Positions 36,067-50,100 of a stretch of 64,000 nt of DNA are shown piece by piece. The first letter of the stretch is position 1, and each line of letters begins with the position of its first letter. A program made the position numbers and the translations under genes. The DNA lies in the IMG/VR virus record IMGVR_UViG_3300035511_000224. One strand, given 5' to 3'. The notes beneath the pieces were generated by a model, which had not been told where the DNA came from, searched no databases, and saw nothing but the letters and a program-made list of their open reading frames with translations. Source of the DNA: an uncultured virus (IMG/VR IMGVR_UViG_3300035511_000224) (Duplodnaviria; Heunggongvirae; Uroviricota; Caudoviricetes).

Positions 36067-38036
36067 GCATTTTGTTGTGTTGGTTGCGACATGGCTTGTT
36101 GCAACTGTCCTACAGCTTTCATATTTGCTCCTTGCTGTGCTTGCGCAAGTAACTGAGGACTTACGCCCTCCGGAACTTTGCCTTGTTCCATTTGCTCTTT
36201 CTGTGACTGTATGCTTTGTAACAACTCGTCTGCAAATGGGAAGTTGCCTGCTTGCAACAACTGCTCTAAGCTGATGGCTTGTTGTTGCCACAACTGCATC
36301 AAGAAGTCGTTGGCCATAGCACGATAAGCCGGTGTGGCTTGGCTAGGTACAATACTAAGGTCAAACTCGACATCACGAATCTTATTCGGGTCGTATTCAA
36401 CCTGTACTCCGGCTCTACCTGCGATGTTAAACGTCTGCTTTCCATCGTAGAACTGCTGTATGTTCTTAACGTCCTTGTATGCTGCATCTCGAATGAACTC
36501 ATTGAAGGAGTCAAGCAGGTCTAATAGGCTTGTTGTTGCATTCTGCGTCTGTTGATTATACAGTGCTGCACTCATGCCGGCATAACCAGGCTTACCTTGT
36601 AAAGCTCCGTTAACTCCGGATATGTCCTCAAAGAACTTCAATTGTAGGTTGAGCAATTCGTTGATACCGATATTCGTTGAGTTGGCGGAGATTTGTTGCG
36701 GTACTTGGCGGCTCTTACTAGGGGTGTATATAAGTACTCCGTTCGGCATGCTCCATGTTTCTGCAAAGTCCTCCGGACTCATCCCTTTTGGGATACTGTC
36801 ATTCGGTATCATCAGCACACCCTTAGCCGTGCTGCGCATAATCCTATCATACAGTGTAATCAATCGGTTGGTATAGCGCTGTTGGTCTATCACGTCGCTC
36901 ACGAAGGAGTGTATCTCACCATCAATGAACGGGTAGGCCTTGAATACATACGGATGGCTTTTGTGTGCGTAGGGCGTTTCCCCTTCACTCAATATATCGC
37001 CAAAGGGTGTAAGATTGTAGAAGTACCAAAATGAATCTACAAACCATTCTGCATGTATCAGAGGTATTTCTTCTGGAGGCATTCCTGCTGCCATGCCTTG
37101 TTGCAGGCGGTTCGCATTCTCATCTTCAACCATTACTTTGTAATCTTCAATATCTATCTTGTAGACGTCTCCGTTGTTGTAATCATGACACCAATAGCGT
37201 GGTTTTGTTTCTTTACGCCACACCTCGATAACACGGCATCGGCTTTCATCTCGTGGTACAAGGAAATCAATCTCCGGATTCTCGGAGTAGCCAAATTGCT
37301 CCCATGCCTGTGTGAGAACTGTTTTATCTCTTGCATTTCTGTATATCTCGGCGATTTTGGCATAGTCTGTAGGTGTCTTGGCATATTCGTGCACAACATC
37401 TTCAAAGCTTACATCATGAATCTCACCGACACACGTACAATCCCAAGTACGGAAGTCTCTCATGTGGTTGTCGATAAAGAAGTTGTTCGGCTGTACATAT
37501 TCTGTCCAACAGTCCTCCTTATCGTTCATTCGTCCAAACCATTTGCGGTGTACAATCATGCCGGAAATCAGGAACTCTTCCATCGTGCGTGCATATATCT
37601 CAGTCATGCGATTCAATTGCATATTGTACTGCAACATGGTGCTCATGGTCTCGGCAAGCTTCTGCTCGTCTCGATCTCTGGCGTAACACGTTGGCTCAGT
37701 TGATTGACTGCGGTACACGCCAATGACGTTCCTTACAAGTCTCCTTATAAGGTTGTTCGTAAGTGGTATATTGCCTTGATTCATGATATACTGCTCTTCC
37801 GTCATTTTCTTGCCGTTCACGCACACAATGTCGCTCCATTGGTCTCCATAGTTATAACGCTTGTTCCGCTCTCGCTCTCTGCGAAAACGGTACATGTTTT
37901 GATACAGCGTCTGTGCTTGCAGCAATACTTCTTCTGCTCGCCGCATATCATTGCCCTGGCGCATGGATCGAACAACACTGTCCATATCCTCCTTGCTCGC
38001 CGGCTTTACTTTGCTTAATCTATTAAGTTTAATCAT
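36063..38036 (-). CDS. portal protein (P22-like)
   Basis: 657 aa; YNYGDQW, LTNNLIRR, DQQRYTNR, ISGVNGALQG, Q-rich C-terminus. Confidence 0.8.
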   Translation of the reverse strand: MIKLNRLSKVKPASKEDMDSVVRSMRQGNDMRRAEEVLLQAQTLYQNMYRFRRERERNKRYNYGDQWSDIVCVNGKKMTEEQYIMNQGNIPLTNNLIRRLVRNVIGVYRSQSTEPTCYARDRDEQKLAETMSTMLQYNMQLNRMTEIYARTMEEFLISGMIVHRKWFGRMNDKEDCWTEYVQPNNFFIDNHMRDFRTWDCTCVGEIHDVSFEDVVHEYAKTPTDYAKIAEIYRNARDKTVLTQAWEQFGYSENPEIDFLVPRDESRCRVIEVWRKETKPRYWCHDYNNGDVYKIDIEDYKVMVEDENANRLQQGMAAGMPPEEIPLIHAEWFVDSFWYFYNLTPFGDILSEGETPYAHKSHPYVFKAYPFIDGEIHSFVSDVIDQQRYTNRLITLYDRIMRSTAKGVLMIPNDSIPKGMSPEDFAETWSMPNGVLIYTPSKSRQVPQQISANSTNIGINELLNLQLKFFEDISGVNGALQGKPGYAGMSAALYNQQTQNATTSLLDLLDSFNEFIRDAAYKDVKNIQQFYDGKQTFNIAGRAGVQVEYDPNKIRDVEFDLSIVPSQATPAYRAMANDFLMQLWQQQAISLEQLLQAGNFPFADELLQSIQSQKEQMEQGKVPEGVSPQLLAQAQQGANMKAVGQLQQAMSQPTQQNA

Positions 38037-38064
38037 ATTGACTACAATGATTTGGTGTCGAGGG

Positions 38065-38107
38065 CAAAGTTAATCGCCCTCGACACTCGTTCATCTTTAT
38101 CTCTTTA
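38065..38107 (-). promoter_or_regulatory. late-type promoter of portal, -7 element within a hairpin
   Basis: TAAAGAGATAAAGA-N21-TAACTTTG; stem 38055-38065/38076-38086. Confidence 0.7.
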
Positions 38108-41100
38108 CTTGCTCACTGGCTGGTGAAACTGCTGATACTTACTAGAAAAGTCTTGCATAAGGCTCGAAATCTCTAGGATAGAGCTTTGTTGCTCCTCTGC
38201 AGTTTCTGCGCTTAATGCTTTCACCATGCTAGCGCGATAACTCTTTAATGTCTCTGCTATTAGAGAGACCTCACCTGGAGTCTGTGCTTCAAACAACATT
38301 TCACTTACCCTTGTCAGATTCTTGTCCAATGCGTCAAAACGTTGGTATAAGTCATAGTCAGGCAACTGCTGTAATTCTGCGAATTTTTGTGCTCCAGATA
38401 AATAGTCGCTCTTCATAGGCTTCCGAGCTTTTGTAACCTCTTTTGAAATGGCGTCATGTCTTTCTTCGAAGTCTGCATAAGCCTTTCGTACTGATTCGTC
38501 ACCTTGAGCATCCAATCTCTCCTTCATCTTTTTATCGGCGGATTGTTCGTACTTATCAAGCCTATCTTCATCACTCCAGCTCCAAGGCGCAAACGGTGTA
38601 CCACGCTTTACTTTATAAGTGGCATATCGTTGTGCCAATTGCTTAGGCGTCAACTTACTCGCCTCTTCTCCGCTTAGATCAATCTCGTCAAAATATAATT
38701 TGTCAAGTTGGCTCTGCGGAACTTGCATAATGCGCATAACGAACATTGCTGCTTCATTGGCCAATGCAGGATCATCCCCACAAGCATCCATGATAGCCAC
38801 AGCGGTGTCGGTAATGCTCTGAGGATTGACGCCGATACCGGACTGAACTAACAGGTTGAACATGTCGTTAAATGCTTCTGCATTCTTTCCTCCTACGAAC
38901 TTGTTGATGATTGCATTGATGTCACTTGCCAACGGCATATCTTTGGTGAGCTGGTTTGTATTCCACTCTCCACTGACAGCCATGTTGCCAAAGGAACTCA
39001 TCACGTCACCACCGGTAAGTCCTTCGACACTACCGAATAATGAGTGTGTCATTGCATCATCCCACATCTTATTTTTCTCGTCATCATTGTTGCCAAAGAT
39101 GAGATAGGGGAGGTATGGACCAAGGTTCCACGCTAATTGCAAGATTGCTCCAAAGGTTGCTACTCGCATCACATCTTTCTTCATCTGCTTGTTGAATCGC
39201 TTATTAGCGGCTTCTTGTGCACGTCCTTTTTGCTCATCCGTAGCATCGTCCGGATTGGTACCCCAATCGCGAAGTATCTGCTTGGTCATAAATTCGACAC
39301 TCTCTTTTCGCTGACCAGATGTAAGATTCCGTTTAAGATTCCTTATTGCATCAAACTCCTGTCTGGTGTACGACATGGAGGAGTTACGGAACACGGTAAA
39401 CAATACGCTCGGCCATGAACCGTCAACTTGCATCGTAGATAGGAAAGGTGCCTCGCTTGACTGCTGAGTCTGATTGAACAGGATTGTAGCATCCTGCTTA
39501 GCTCGTTCCTCTGCAATCTCATCTGGATAGCCCTCTCTGATATATTGCTTCAGTCGCGTCTCATACATGGCTTTTGCACCTATGCTGACAGTGACTGCAT
39601 CGACAAATGCATTAGGCGTCATACCTACACGTGCGGAGAGTTCCATAAGACGGCTGCGCCACATTTTCCAATCCATGTTGGATTTGAGGAGTCGTGGGTC
39701 ACCGCTTATTCTCGAATGCCAACGTTCACGGAAGATAGGCAGGTTATTCAAGCACCATTTGAAGTCACCGTAAGGATTAGCAATGCTCTTGGCAATGCTT
39801 CTGATGCTTACCTCGGGACCGTATGCCGGAGCAGAAAGCAACTGCTTCAATGCCGTGTAAAGGCGTAGGCTTACCTTAGCGGCTGTTACACCCTTGGCGA
39901 TATTCACCATGCTCTTGTCAAGCTTGGCTACCGGTGGGCGATATTCGCCTGCTGCCATTAAACATAAGTCGTTGAAGTTCTTCCACAACGTACGTCCTCC
40001 GCCATAGGCTGTTGTCATGTTGATTACCTGGTTGCGGAAATGCTTATAGGTACGCAGGGTGTTGAGGTCTCTATTCCACTCTGCATAAGCATTCCAATGC
40101 TCCATTTGTGTAATATGGTCCAGGATCACACTCAAAGCGTCGGCGCCGGTGATGTCAAGAGCTAAGTTGTTCACTCTACGCTTGATAATACTGCCAGTCT
40201 TGGTGGTGATACCGTCTGGGCGGTTTGGCTGATTGACATCTTCCTCTTTGTCGATTCTCGCATTGGCAAGTATCTTCAATGGGAAGTAGTTTTCTATAGC
40301 TGCCATAGAGGCACCAAACATACGTTTGTGTGTCTCATTATACTCATTACGGGTATTAATCAGGAACTCATCCTGTAACCAATCTCCGAGTTCTTTCATT
40401 CGTGGATCTAAGAAGTTCTCAATCTGTTGGATGTTGTCCTCTGTGATACCCATTCTGCGGAGCTTCATTCGTCCATCAGACATCTTATCTACCATGTATA
40501 TGTAGAGCAAATTACCCTGAGTTAACTCGTGGTCTCGCATCTCACCACCGTCCCAAAATGAAACGTAGGCTTTTGGCATATTGCGCTCCATGCGGATGAT
40601 CTTACCCCATGTTGTACCTTTACCAAAGAGTTCCTCCGCTTTAGCGTCAAGTTGAGCAAACTTGTCCTTCACCCCAACTAATTCTTTGTTACGGCTGTCT
40701 ACCCAACCACGCATGAAGCGATTCCATAAATAACCTTCGCCATTAGCACTCTTATTTCCAAATACACGTAATACCTGGTCAAATGTGCTAAGTGGCGCAA
40801 ACAAGAATTGCATAAATCCATTGTTCATCCACTTGTCTTTCCAGTCATCTTTATGGTGTTCGTTTGTAGGACGTCCCTCCATATCACTGTTGGCATTGTG
40901 ATGAATATTTTGCACTCTCGTTTTCTCGGCTTCTCTAAATGCTTTAGCATTCTCGACGCTATTACGCAAGCTTTCACTAAACTTGCTTACGAGATTGAAA
41001 TAAGCTTCTGCTCGTTCAATCTTATTCTTACGTATGGCGTCTTCTGTGCTTTCTACAAATTGGTTGTAAGCATCCTTCGACATGCGGCCGGCTTCTTTGT

Positions 41101-44100
41101 CCTCCTTGGCTGTCTTGAGTTGTTCACGTAAGGCAAGCTCTTCATCTCTGCTTTGTTTTATGTTTTGTACATAGTCAAGAGCCATATTCAGACCGGAATA
41201 TTCTAATGTTGCTTGGTCTGCAATGGTTTGGTCAGGGTCACTCATTCTGTTCATAGCTTCGTCAATACGGTCGTTGATGTCATCTTCATTGAGTGACATC
41301 GCTCTCTTGGCTACTTCCATAGTGCGTTGGCCATCAACATCGAGAACACCTTGTACCTCAACACCACTTGCGTCAACCTTGCTTCCTTTAATGGTCAATA
41401 ATTTCTTGAGCGTTGCTTCACCGTTACGCAACTGATTATTGACCATGATGTCCATAACCTTCTGCGTACTATCTTTGACGTCCTTATGTCCTACTGAGTT
41501 CTTTACGGCAGACAACAGGCGCTGCATCTCACCACTAGTTACACCGCTAAGATAACCGTTCTGCATAAGTATTCTAGCCAGGTCAGCAACTCGCTTCACT
41601 GTGCTTTGATCAAATCGTTTCTGCAATGCCATTGCTTTGAGTAGGTTGGATAGATTTCCACCAATAGCATGCATGGCGTCATTGCGAAGTGTCAAGTCAT
41701 CACTCTGATTGTTGCTGAGGCGCAGGGCTGCATTTGTGATGCGTTCCTCCAGTCCTATGCTACGGTCGTTCCAAATATCACCGGTCTCACTTTCTCTAAA
41801 AAGTAATTTTTCTCCAGAAATTTTTGGATTCTCAAAACTTTCAATTATTTTTGCAGTGTTATCCAAGTCAAGGTATTCAACGTCAGCGAGATTCGTTCGC
41901 TGTTTGTCTATCAAGGCTTGGATTTTTTCTTTGTTTAGATACTGCGCTTTGCCTTGATTAACCCAATTGAGCCACTCTGCGGTGTCTTTATTGAATAAGC
42001 CTCGAATTGATGCCACCTCAATACCATTATGCTGTTGCTTGAAATGAACTCCGACAACAAACTTCTTGCCATCGCGCTCCAACTCAACAATTACATTCTC
42101 AGATTTTGTTTTATCTCCATATTCAAACACTGCAATAGGATTTTGCAACGCTTCAGGAAGGCCTTTTATATCGGCAATGTTGAACAGATGATTACGTTGC
42201 TCTGACTTTTCTGCCAATCGCTTTGCGGTTAATTCTATCGGCTGGTCCGGGAATCCTGCTGATTTAAGCACTGCTCCAGGCTTGCCTAATTGATAGATAT
42301 GCTCTTTCGGCAACGTCCCAGCAATTTGCTGCTCTAACTCGTTGTTAAATTTCTCGTTGACGTGTTGCAGTTCCTCGTGCTCGGATTGTGCTTTATTGAA
42401 CACAATACTCTCTTTGTCAATGCCAAGTTCTTGGCGCTTGGCTGCATCTCGAGCCATGTCAACAAAGCTATCCTTGCCGGTTAAACGCTCGTGACTGCGC
42501 CATGCCATATAGCGAAGCTCATTGTCTCCAAGCTTAACCCACTTAGGCAACTTCATAGTACCAAGGAATTTGTTGATTGCTTCCAGAACTTTCGTTTTGA
42601 GCTTTGCCCATATACTGCGCTCTGCTCTTGTAAAGTCCTCAAATCCTTTTTGGCTCAAACGTGCAATCAGCTCATCAACAGCTTCACGAATGGCGCTCTT
42701 TAGTCCTCTTCCAGGATCCTTCATGAAACGACGAGTAGCATCCTTGTCAACTTCCTGTTTCAGCTCATCATTAAGATGGTCATAGATTTCATCGCAAAAT
42801 GCATCATAATTCTCATCGCCAACAAGTTCACGAAGTCCTTTGTGACCAACAACCTCATGGAATACAGTAGCAGCCACATCTTCAACATCCTGATGGTTCG
42901 GTATAACTACAACTACCTCTCCAGTCTTAACATTGTAGAAGCCTTTGTTTCTGCGCATTGCTTCTTGTGTCTTAGCGTCGCTGTGCGTCAACTCATTCGT
43001 GTCTGTCACAATACGAATGGGTGTGTTGAGCTTCTTGGCCAAGCTCTCAGCATAGCTCTTTTTAGCTTCATCTGAGGTCTGTGCCATCTCTGCTTGCTTA
43101 GCATTAATACGTTCAATCTCCTGGTCCTTAACATATTCAGCCTTGCCAAAGTCAGGATTCCCAGGAACTGATCCGGACGCTTTTTCACTTACTTTCACGC
43201 CAAGTCGTTCAAGTTCTTGACGGACTTGCGGCTGTACTGTATTGTACGGAATCTCAATATCGGTACCTTCAAGCTGCTTGGCTATCATTTGTGCCACTTC
43301 GCGATATGGAACTATGCGAACAGGCTTGTCGTAGCGGCTGAGTATAACGCGACGTGGGTTGCCGAGGTCAGCAAGTTTACCACTTACGGAACCACTATGC
43401 CATGCTATTTCGCCAACAGGGTTCTTTGCCATTAAGGCTCTATAACCGCTAGTCAACTCACTCTCGGGTATTTCAACTTCTACCGTCACAAGATTCGGAC
43501 GGATGTGAGCCGATGTAAATTGGTCGTTGAGTGCAGTGCGTGAAGCGTGTATATACGGATTATAGGCAACTGTTACGGTACCTTTACTTAAGCCCTTGTC
43601 GATGGTAACAATGCCCTGTTCCAATCCATCTTCACCCATCTTTGTACTCTTGATAATTTCCGGATGCTCTTCAGCCTGTTCTGGAACACCTAATCTGATT
43701 TCCGGAGTATTCTTTCCGCCAACCTTCGTCGCCATTGGTGAATACAGTTTGCCGTCTATAACCTGCATGGTGCGGTATGCTTTTACGGTTTTACCTTCAG
43801 CAAACTCGCTAAGAACATTTTCATCTTCAACAGATCTGAAACGAATATCGGGGACGTCTGCACCACCGTAGTTGCTACCAGGTTCATGAAGGATACCCTC
43901 ATCGTTGGCACTTCTGGTGAAGTTGCCTTTTACCCTCACGACATCAAGCAAGTTAATACCACCATTGCGTTCCATCGCGGATTTCATGTTCTGATAGTCA
44001 ACTCCTTGCTCTTTGGACATATCAAAATCACCGTAAAGAATTGCGCGCTGTCCACCAAACTGTATTACATTGTCAGTGATATAGCGTGCTTTCGCGTCAA

Positions 44101-47100
44101 CGTCTCCTTTTATATCACTGAAAGGAGTGTGGATATTACCCACGATACGTCCTGCTTGTGTGATAATAAGGAAGGAAACCTTGGCGCGGTCTCCCATGCG
44201 GTGAGAGTTCAAGAATGATGCTACGTCCTCGGGACTTGTTACCAACGGTTGTGACATAGGGTCATAATCATCTGCAAAGATTTGCTTGTCAAGAGTGTGT
44301 ACCGTCAATGCGTTCTCCTTTTCCGGGATTCGTTTACGGCCTTCACCTCGCTCACCATCTGTGCCAAATGTTCCATATTTGCCACTCTTTAGGTTGATAA
44401 TAACGCCATGGACAGGTACTTTCGACATTCCTTTAATAGTATTGAGTACAGCAACATCTTGCGATGAACATTTAAGGTTACCGCTCGGATGGTTGTGTAC
44501 AAAATAGACTTCGTCTGGATTAATGCGGCTATATGCCAAAGATGCCGTTGGTGTGTCTGCCATTGTAGCGTTGAATGTTCCCATGCCGAGTTCAACGACA
44601 GTGGGCTTTCCATCTTTCACAAGCACGACAAACGAATGCTCCTTACCAGCTTCCTCCAATGCTGAGAAGATATAAGCCACATCATCTGCGCTCTCGATCT
44701 TTTCTCCACTAGTGAAATTGAAGTTACCGTTTTCTATAAAAACACGTTCGATTTTACAGAACTCTCCGGATTCGTTACTAGGGTTGGTCTTAGGGTTCAG
44801 TCGATTATTACGTCTATCTTGCAGGGGATTTTCTTCCCGTTGTACTCCATTGGCTCCGGTGCGCACAACATCGCCTCTGCCTTCTTTATTTTCTCCTTCG
44901 AAGTCAGTGCCGGATAAGCTGTCATACCCTTCCGGGTGTTCCGAGCTGTAGTTGATACTATGTCCTTCTTGCGTTTCATATTTACTTGCAAAGTTAGCAT
45001 TTTTCCTTGAACTATAATCTATTTCAGATTCATTCGCTGTCTCTTCCTCTCCATCATCCTCTTCTGTATATTCAACGCCTGTTGCTGCTTGTACATCTTT
45101 ATCCATGTCGGCATATTTCGCTTCCTTCTCAGCCATCTCTTTCTTCATCAGCTCATCGTACTCGTCCAACTTGGATTCAGCCTGTGCAAGCTCTTCCGTG
45201 AATTGGAATGGCTTGCCCTCGCGTAATTCCATGGAATGCAGTTCTTCGTTGTTACGTTCGATAGAGCGTTCAGCACTCTCTATGCGTTCGCGGAAGTCGT
45301 TACCGGTTACTACATTCTCCACAATGTCAGATATAGCATTTTTGATAAGATTCTCTTTCACCGGCATCTTTTCAATACCAAGTTCCTCACAAGAATAGGT
45401 CATCTTGGCAGGAGCCGAGGCAAACAGTGCACCTTGTCCTTGCTTCATCTCCTGTGTAATCTCGGTGTGAATCTTGAAGTCAAAACCTCCGACACTAACA
45501 GTGATGTCCATGTTCGCACTTCTACTGTTGTATCCTGTTCGAACCTGCTCCTGTAACTCGCGTTTCTTTTTGTTCTGCTCGCTAAAGAAGTCCTCCATAG
45601 CGTCAATATTGGCAAAGCTCTGCTTTCCTACCGTGATGTTGCTAATCTCTGCCTTCTCAACTTTCTCCAGGTAGACCTTATTCTCTGCGGCTCTTTGCTC
45701 GGCCTCCTTGTTCTGGCCTGCAATCTGTCTCTTGCGGTTGTGAATATACGTTTGGTCTGCCTCCCAAGCCTTTTGTTTGGCTCTGAGTTTACGGACCTCT
45801 TTCTCTATCTGGTTCTTCATCATAGCATATTCGGATCCTGACAATTGCGCGGTCATATCACCAAACAAGTCCTGGTCCTCTTCCATAGAGCGGTTGTCCA
45901 TGGAATTACTCATCAACTGCTTGCCGTTCATGATAGAGTCAGCTATCGCGCCTTTGGTTTTGAGTCGTTGATAGGCTGTAACGTCCAGTGAGTCTTCAAC
46001 ACCAAAACGAAGCACTTTGACAGGCTTGTTCCAATCTTTGTGCAGGTTACCTTGACGCAAGATACGACCGTTGCGCTGCGTGTAGTCCATCGGTCGGTTA
46101 GGTGCATCAACGTGTATAAGAGTGTTGAGGCGATCTTGAATATTCACACCTGTACCGAGTGTAAAGGTACTACCCAAAATTACACGTACGTCACCGGCAT
46201 TCACCTTGTCAAAGATTTCAAGTTTCTTCTTCACACTCATTCCGGACTTCATTACAACAATCTGCTCGGCAGGTACGCCTTGTGCTATGAGCTTGCTTCT
46301 TATGTCCTCGTACAGGTTGAAGCCTGTAGCTTTGTTCTGATAGTTATCTGCAAAGATTGCCACTGTACCTTTATAGTCCTTGGTCTCTTCGAGAGATTGT
46401 AAGGTCTGTCTAACGGCCTCATTGGTTTTACTGTTCGGATCATCTTCGGCATCTGCTTGCACGAGTCGAGCATCTACGGCAGCGGCTTTCGCTATACCGT
46501 ACATAACAAGTGGAATGTGGCTATTGGCCTTCTTCTCCTTTCCACTCATCTTATCGTATTCGTCAAGCTTTGCATTCACATATTTCAATATACTGCGCAA
46601 TGCTCGCGTCTGAGGCAGGAATATGTCTTGTGCCTTTCCTCCCTCCATTGAAGGTATCTTGTCACTCACGCCACCGGCTTCTCTTGTCAGCACGGTATCT
46701 GCGACTGTTGACCAAATACGCACAAGTTCCGGAAGGTTCACGTAACCGGCAAAGCGGTTGTTCTCCTTTGGCTTGCCGTTCGTTCCAAATTCCAACATCT
46801 GTTGGATATTACCGAAGTTGCGTACAAAATCGTCAAAGTAGTAGATACCATATTCTTTCATCTGGTCAGCAGGCATAAGGTAGCGCATGAACGTCCATAT
46901 CTCGGCCGCGGTGTTACTGATAGGTGTACCTGTCGCAAACACCACGTTCTTACCTCCGGTCTTTTCAAGCACTGACTGTGCCTTCAAGAATACGCCCTGC
47001 GACTTCTTGCTATATGAAGGGTCAACGCCTTTCACACCTCGCTGCATGGCTGTAGCGAATCCGAGGTGCTTGTACTCGTGAGCCTCATCTACAAGGATGG

Positions 47101-50100
47101 CGTCAATGCCCATGCTGTCGAAGTCCTCAACATCATCGGTCTCACGGTCTAGCATCTCTCTTGCCTTGACCTCTGCGTTCTGTCGTGTGACAGCTGCTTT
47201 CTTGGCGTCCTTCTCTTTCTTCTTGTCAGGTACTCCGCCACTAGCGAGCTGAGCAATTTCATCTTCAAGCCTGCTGATTTCACGCTCCGCTTGTTTTACA
47301 ATAATGCTATTTCCATGCGGGTCGGCATTCTTCATCTGTTCCAAGACAAGCATTTTTTCCTCGATTTTGTCTTGGATGAATCGTGTTTGTCGCTCTATAC
47401 TATCTGGAATGCGTTCAAATACAGATTGAGGAACAACAATCATATCCCAATCATTGAACTTAATCTTAGCATAGAAAGCCTTACGGCCCTCCGCATTGCG
47501 GTCGGCATCTTCAAGTGTCAGCACCTTGGCGTTAGGGTACAACGCTTTGGCACTTGCTACGAATTGGCCTACGGTGGCATTCTGTACTACTATCATAGGC
47601 TTTCTTGCAGTGCCGAGTCTGCGCATCTCCATGGCGGTTGTAATAAGAGTGTATGTCTTACCGGTGCCCACCTCGTGTGCCAACAATACTGGCTGTGTGG
47701 TTGCTCTGATAACGGCTTTTGCTTGATGAGGTCTCAACTTGAACGGCTTACCACCTACGACGGTTGCTGCACCTCCGAAGTGCTCCGGAACAAAATCATC
47801 GGGGATTTGCTTCGGAACGGAATTGTTAAACTGTTCGTTGTACTCTTCCTCCATGCGCATAGACATATCAGGGTCTGCTTGCATCTGTTCTCTAGCCCAA
47901 TCTTTGAAGTCTTGACGTATCTCATCAATCTTAGCCATACATGCAGCTGTCGCTGACGGATCGCGTTCAGTCTCTGTGCTTCCGTCTGGCATCTTATATG
48001 TTTTGCTGACAACAATGCTCTTGTTTGTAATGGCAGCTTCTATCAGTTTATGTCCTGGTATAAGGGTTCCAAATGCTTCACTACGGACTCCCATCTCTGT
48101 GTTCTTGGATGTATTTGTATAGAATGGCTCACCCATGTGCCAGGTACCACCGACACTTGTCAGTGTTACATCCAAGTCAGTACGTTCCTTAACAAAGCGC
48201 TCGTACAACTTCGGGTCAATCCAAGACGAGCCAAGTGTGAACTCGATAAGGTGTGCAGGTATATTCATAGGAACAACGGCCTCCAGCGCCTTGATATTGG
48301 CGGTGTAGGCTCCGGGGTTGTCTTTCTCTGCTTCTTTTGCTTGACGCAGTTTCTCACGCACATTGCCACTGAGGTACTCATACGACACTTCCATCTGTCC
48401 GGTGGTCGGATTTTCAAAGCCCAAACCACGTTCCACCATTTCATTCTTTATCTCCTCCTTACTCTTTCCTAAGTGCTCTGCAAGATAGTCGGAGTCAATG
48501 CGGCCAAACTTATACAGACTTGCAATGATACCATCTTTCACATTGGTAGGTGCCGGCTCTGTTTCCTTGTCAACGACACGACGGCTAAAGATGTCGGTCT
48601 TTCCGTACTCTTTAATTTTGCTGCCGTTCTTGTCACCACGCTCCGAGTAGGTCTCAAGCGCGACAATGCTCGAGAAGTCAACGTCGTTGCGCATCCACGC
48701 AAGATTGTTGTTCTTGTTGAGGTTGCCATACTTCTTCACGAAACTGTCATAAGCGTTATTAAGTTTATTAAGCAACGGCTGCAAGCCTTTGTCATCATCA
48801 TGCTCTGTTTGGTATTTCAGGACCTCAGCAAGAGCATCTTTGATGGCCGTATAGTCTTTGAAGCACTCTTGTTTGGTGTGTCCTTTAATCTTATTGTTGT
48901 TTACATCTACAGGTACGGCACGGCCACTTCGAGCGATACAGATGTTGCCATCGCTGTCTAGAACCATGCTTCCTTCTTTCACACCTTCACCAAGAGCTTC
49001 ATTGATGTGTGAAGTCTTGTCTATTTCGGCTCTACTACCTTGCTCGGATTTCCAGTCTTTATCAGCCAGGCTCTTCACCCATGCTGCAATACGTTCCGTT
49101 TGGTCAGCTGAGCGGGTAGGGAAGAGGCCCATTGAAGTTGGACGGTAATTGTCTCCCTGCTCAAAGCCGAAGAACATCTCACCACCCATATTTTCAGGAT
49201 GCTCTATGAAATAACGATTAATGAGCAACGGAAGGTCTCTCGTCTTTCTTCCATCTGTGAATGCTGCGGTACGTGCAGGACTGACCGTGCTCACGTCGAT
49301 GGCATTTGCGCTTCGCTGTCCGTTTACTCGCTTACGTATCACGATGATGTCTGAGGTGGCTGCTGTACCTCCGAATGTTTGATTGTTCATGCGGAATGCA
49401 CCAACGACATCTGCGTTACCTTCATGTTCACCTACAATCCAATTGCGAAGCTTTTGAGATTTGTCGAGTGTACCACTTGAAGTGATGAATATACCGATAC
49501 CTCCTTCACGAAGCTTGCGTACATTCTTAGCGATACAGAAGTCGTGAATGTCGCGGAACTTCTTAGAGAGGTCGCTGTCTCCGCTCTCGTCCATTACGTG
49601 CAAGCCTGTGACGAATGGCACATTGGTGATGGCCAGATCTACCGTACCGTTACCAATATGTGTTTTCTCAAAGCCCTGTACATCCACTTTAGCATCCGGA
49701 TATAGTAACGACAGAATACCACCTGTCATCTTGTCTATCTCGACGGCATGGATATTACTGCGCTCGCTAATGTCGGTCGGCATCAAGCCGAGGATGTTTC
49801 CGATACCGGCTGAACCCTCAACGATATTACCTCCTTTAAAACCGAGTGCTTTAGCAATATCCCACATTGCGTCGATAACAGGTGCAGGTGTATAGTACGC
49901 ACTGTTACGGCTCATCACCGCTGCATCGTACTCCTCCTGTGTAAGAGCTTTGCGAAGCTGCTGGTTGACAGGATTGCGTGACCATGCATTACCTTCATTA
50001 AATGCGGCTCCTAAGCCTCCCCATCCGCTATATTTACGAAGAATGGTCATCTCTTGAGGTGTGGCTGTAGCTCCGCTTTCAAGCAGTTTCTTGGCAAGCT

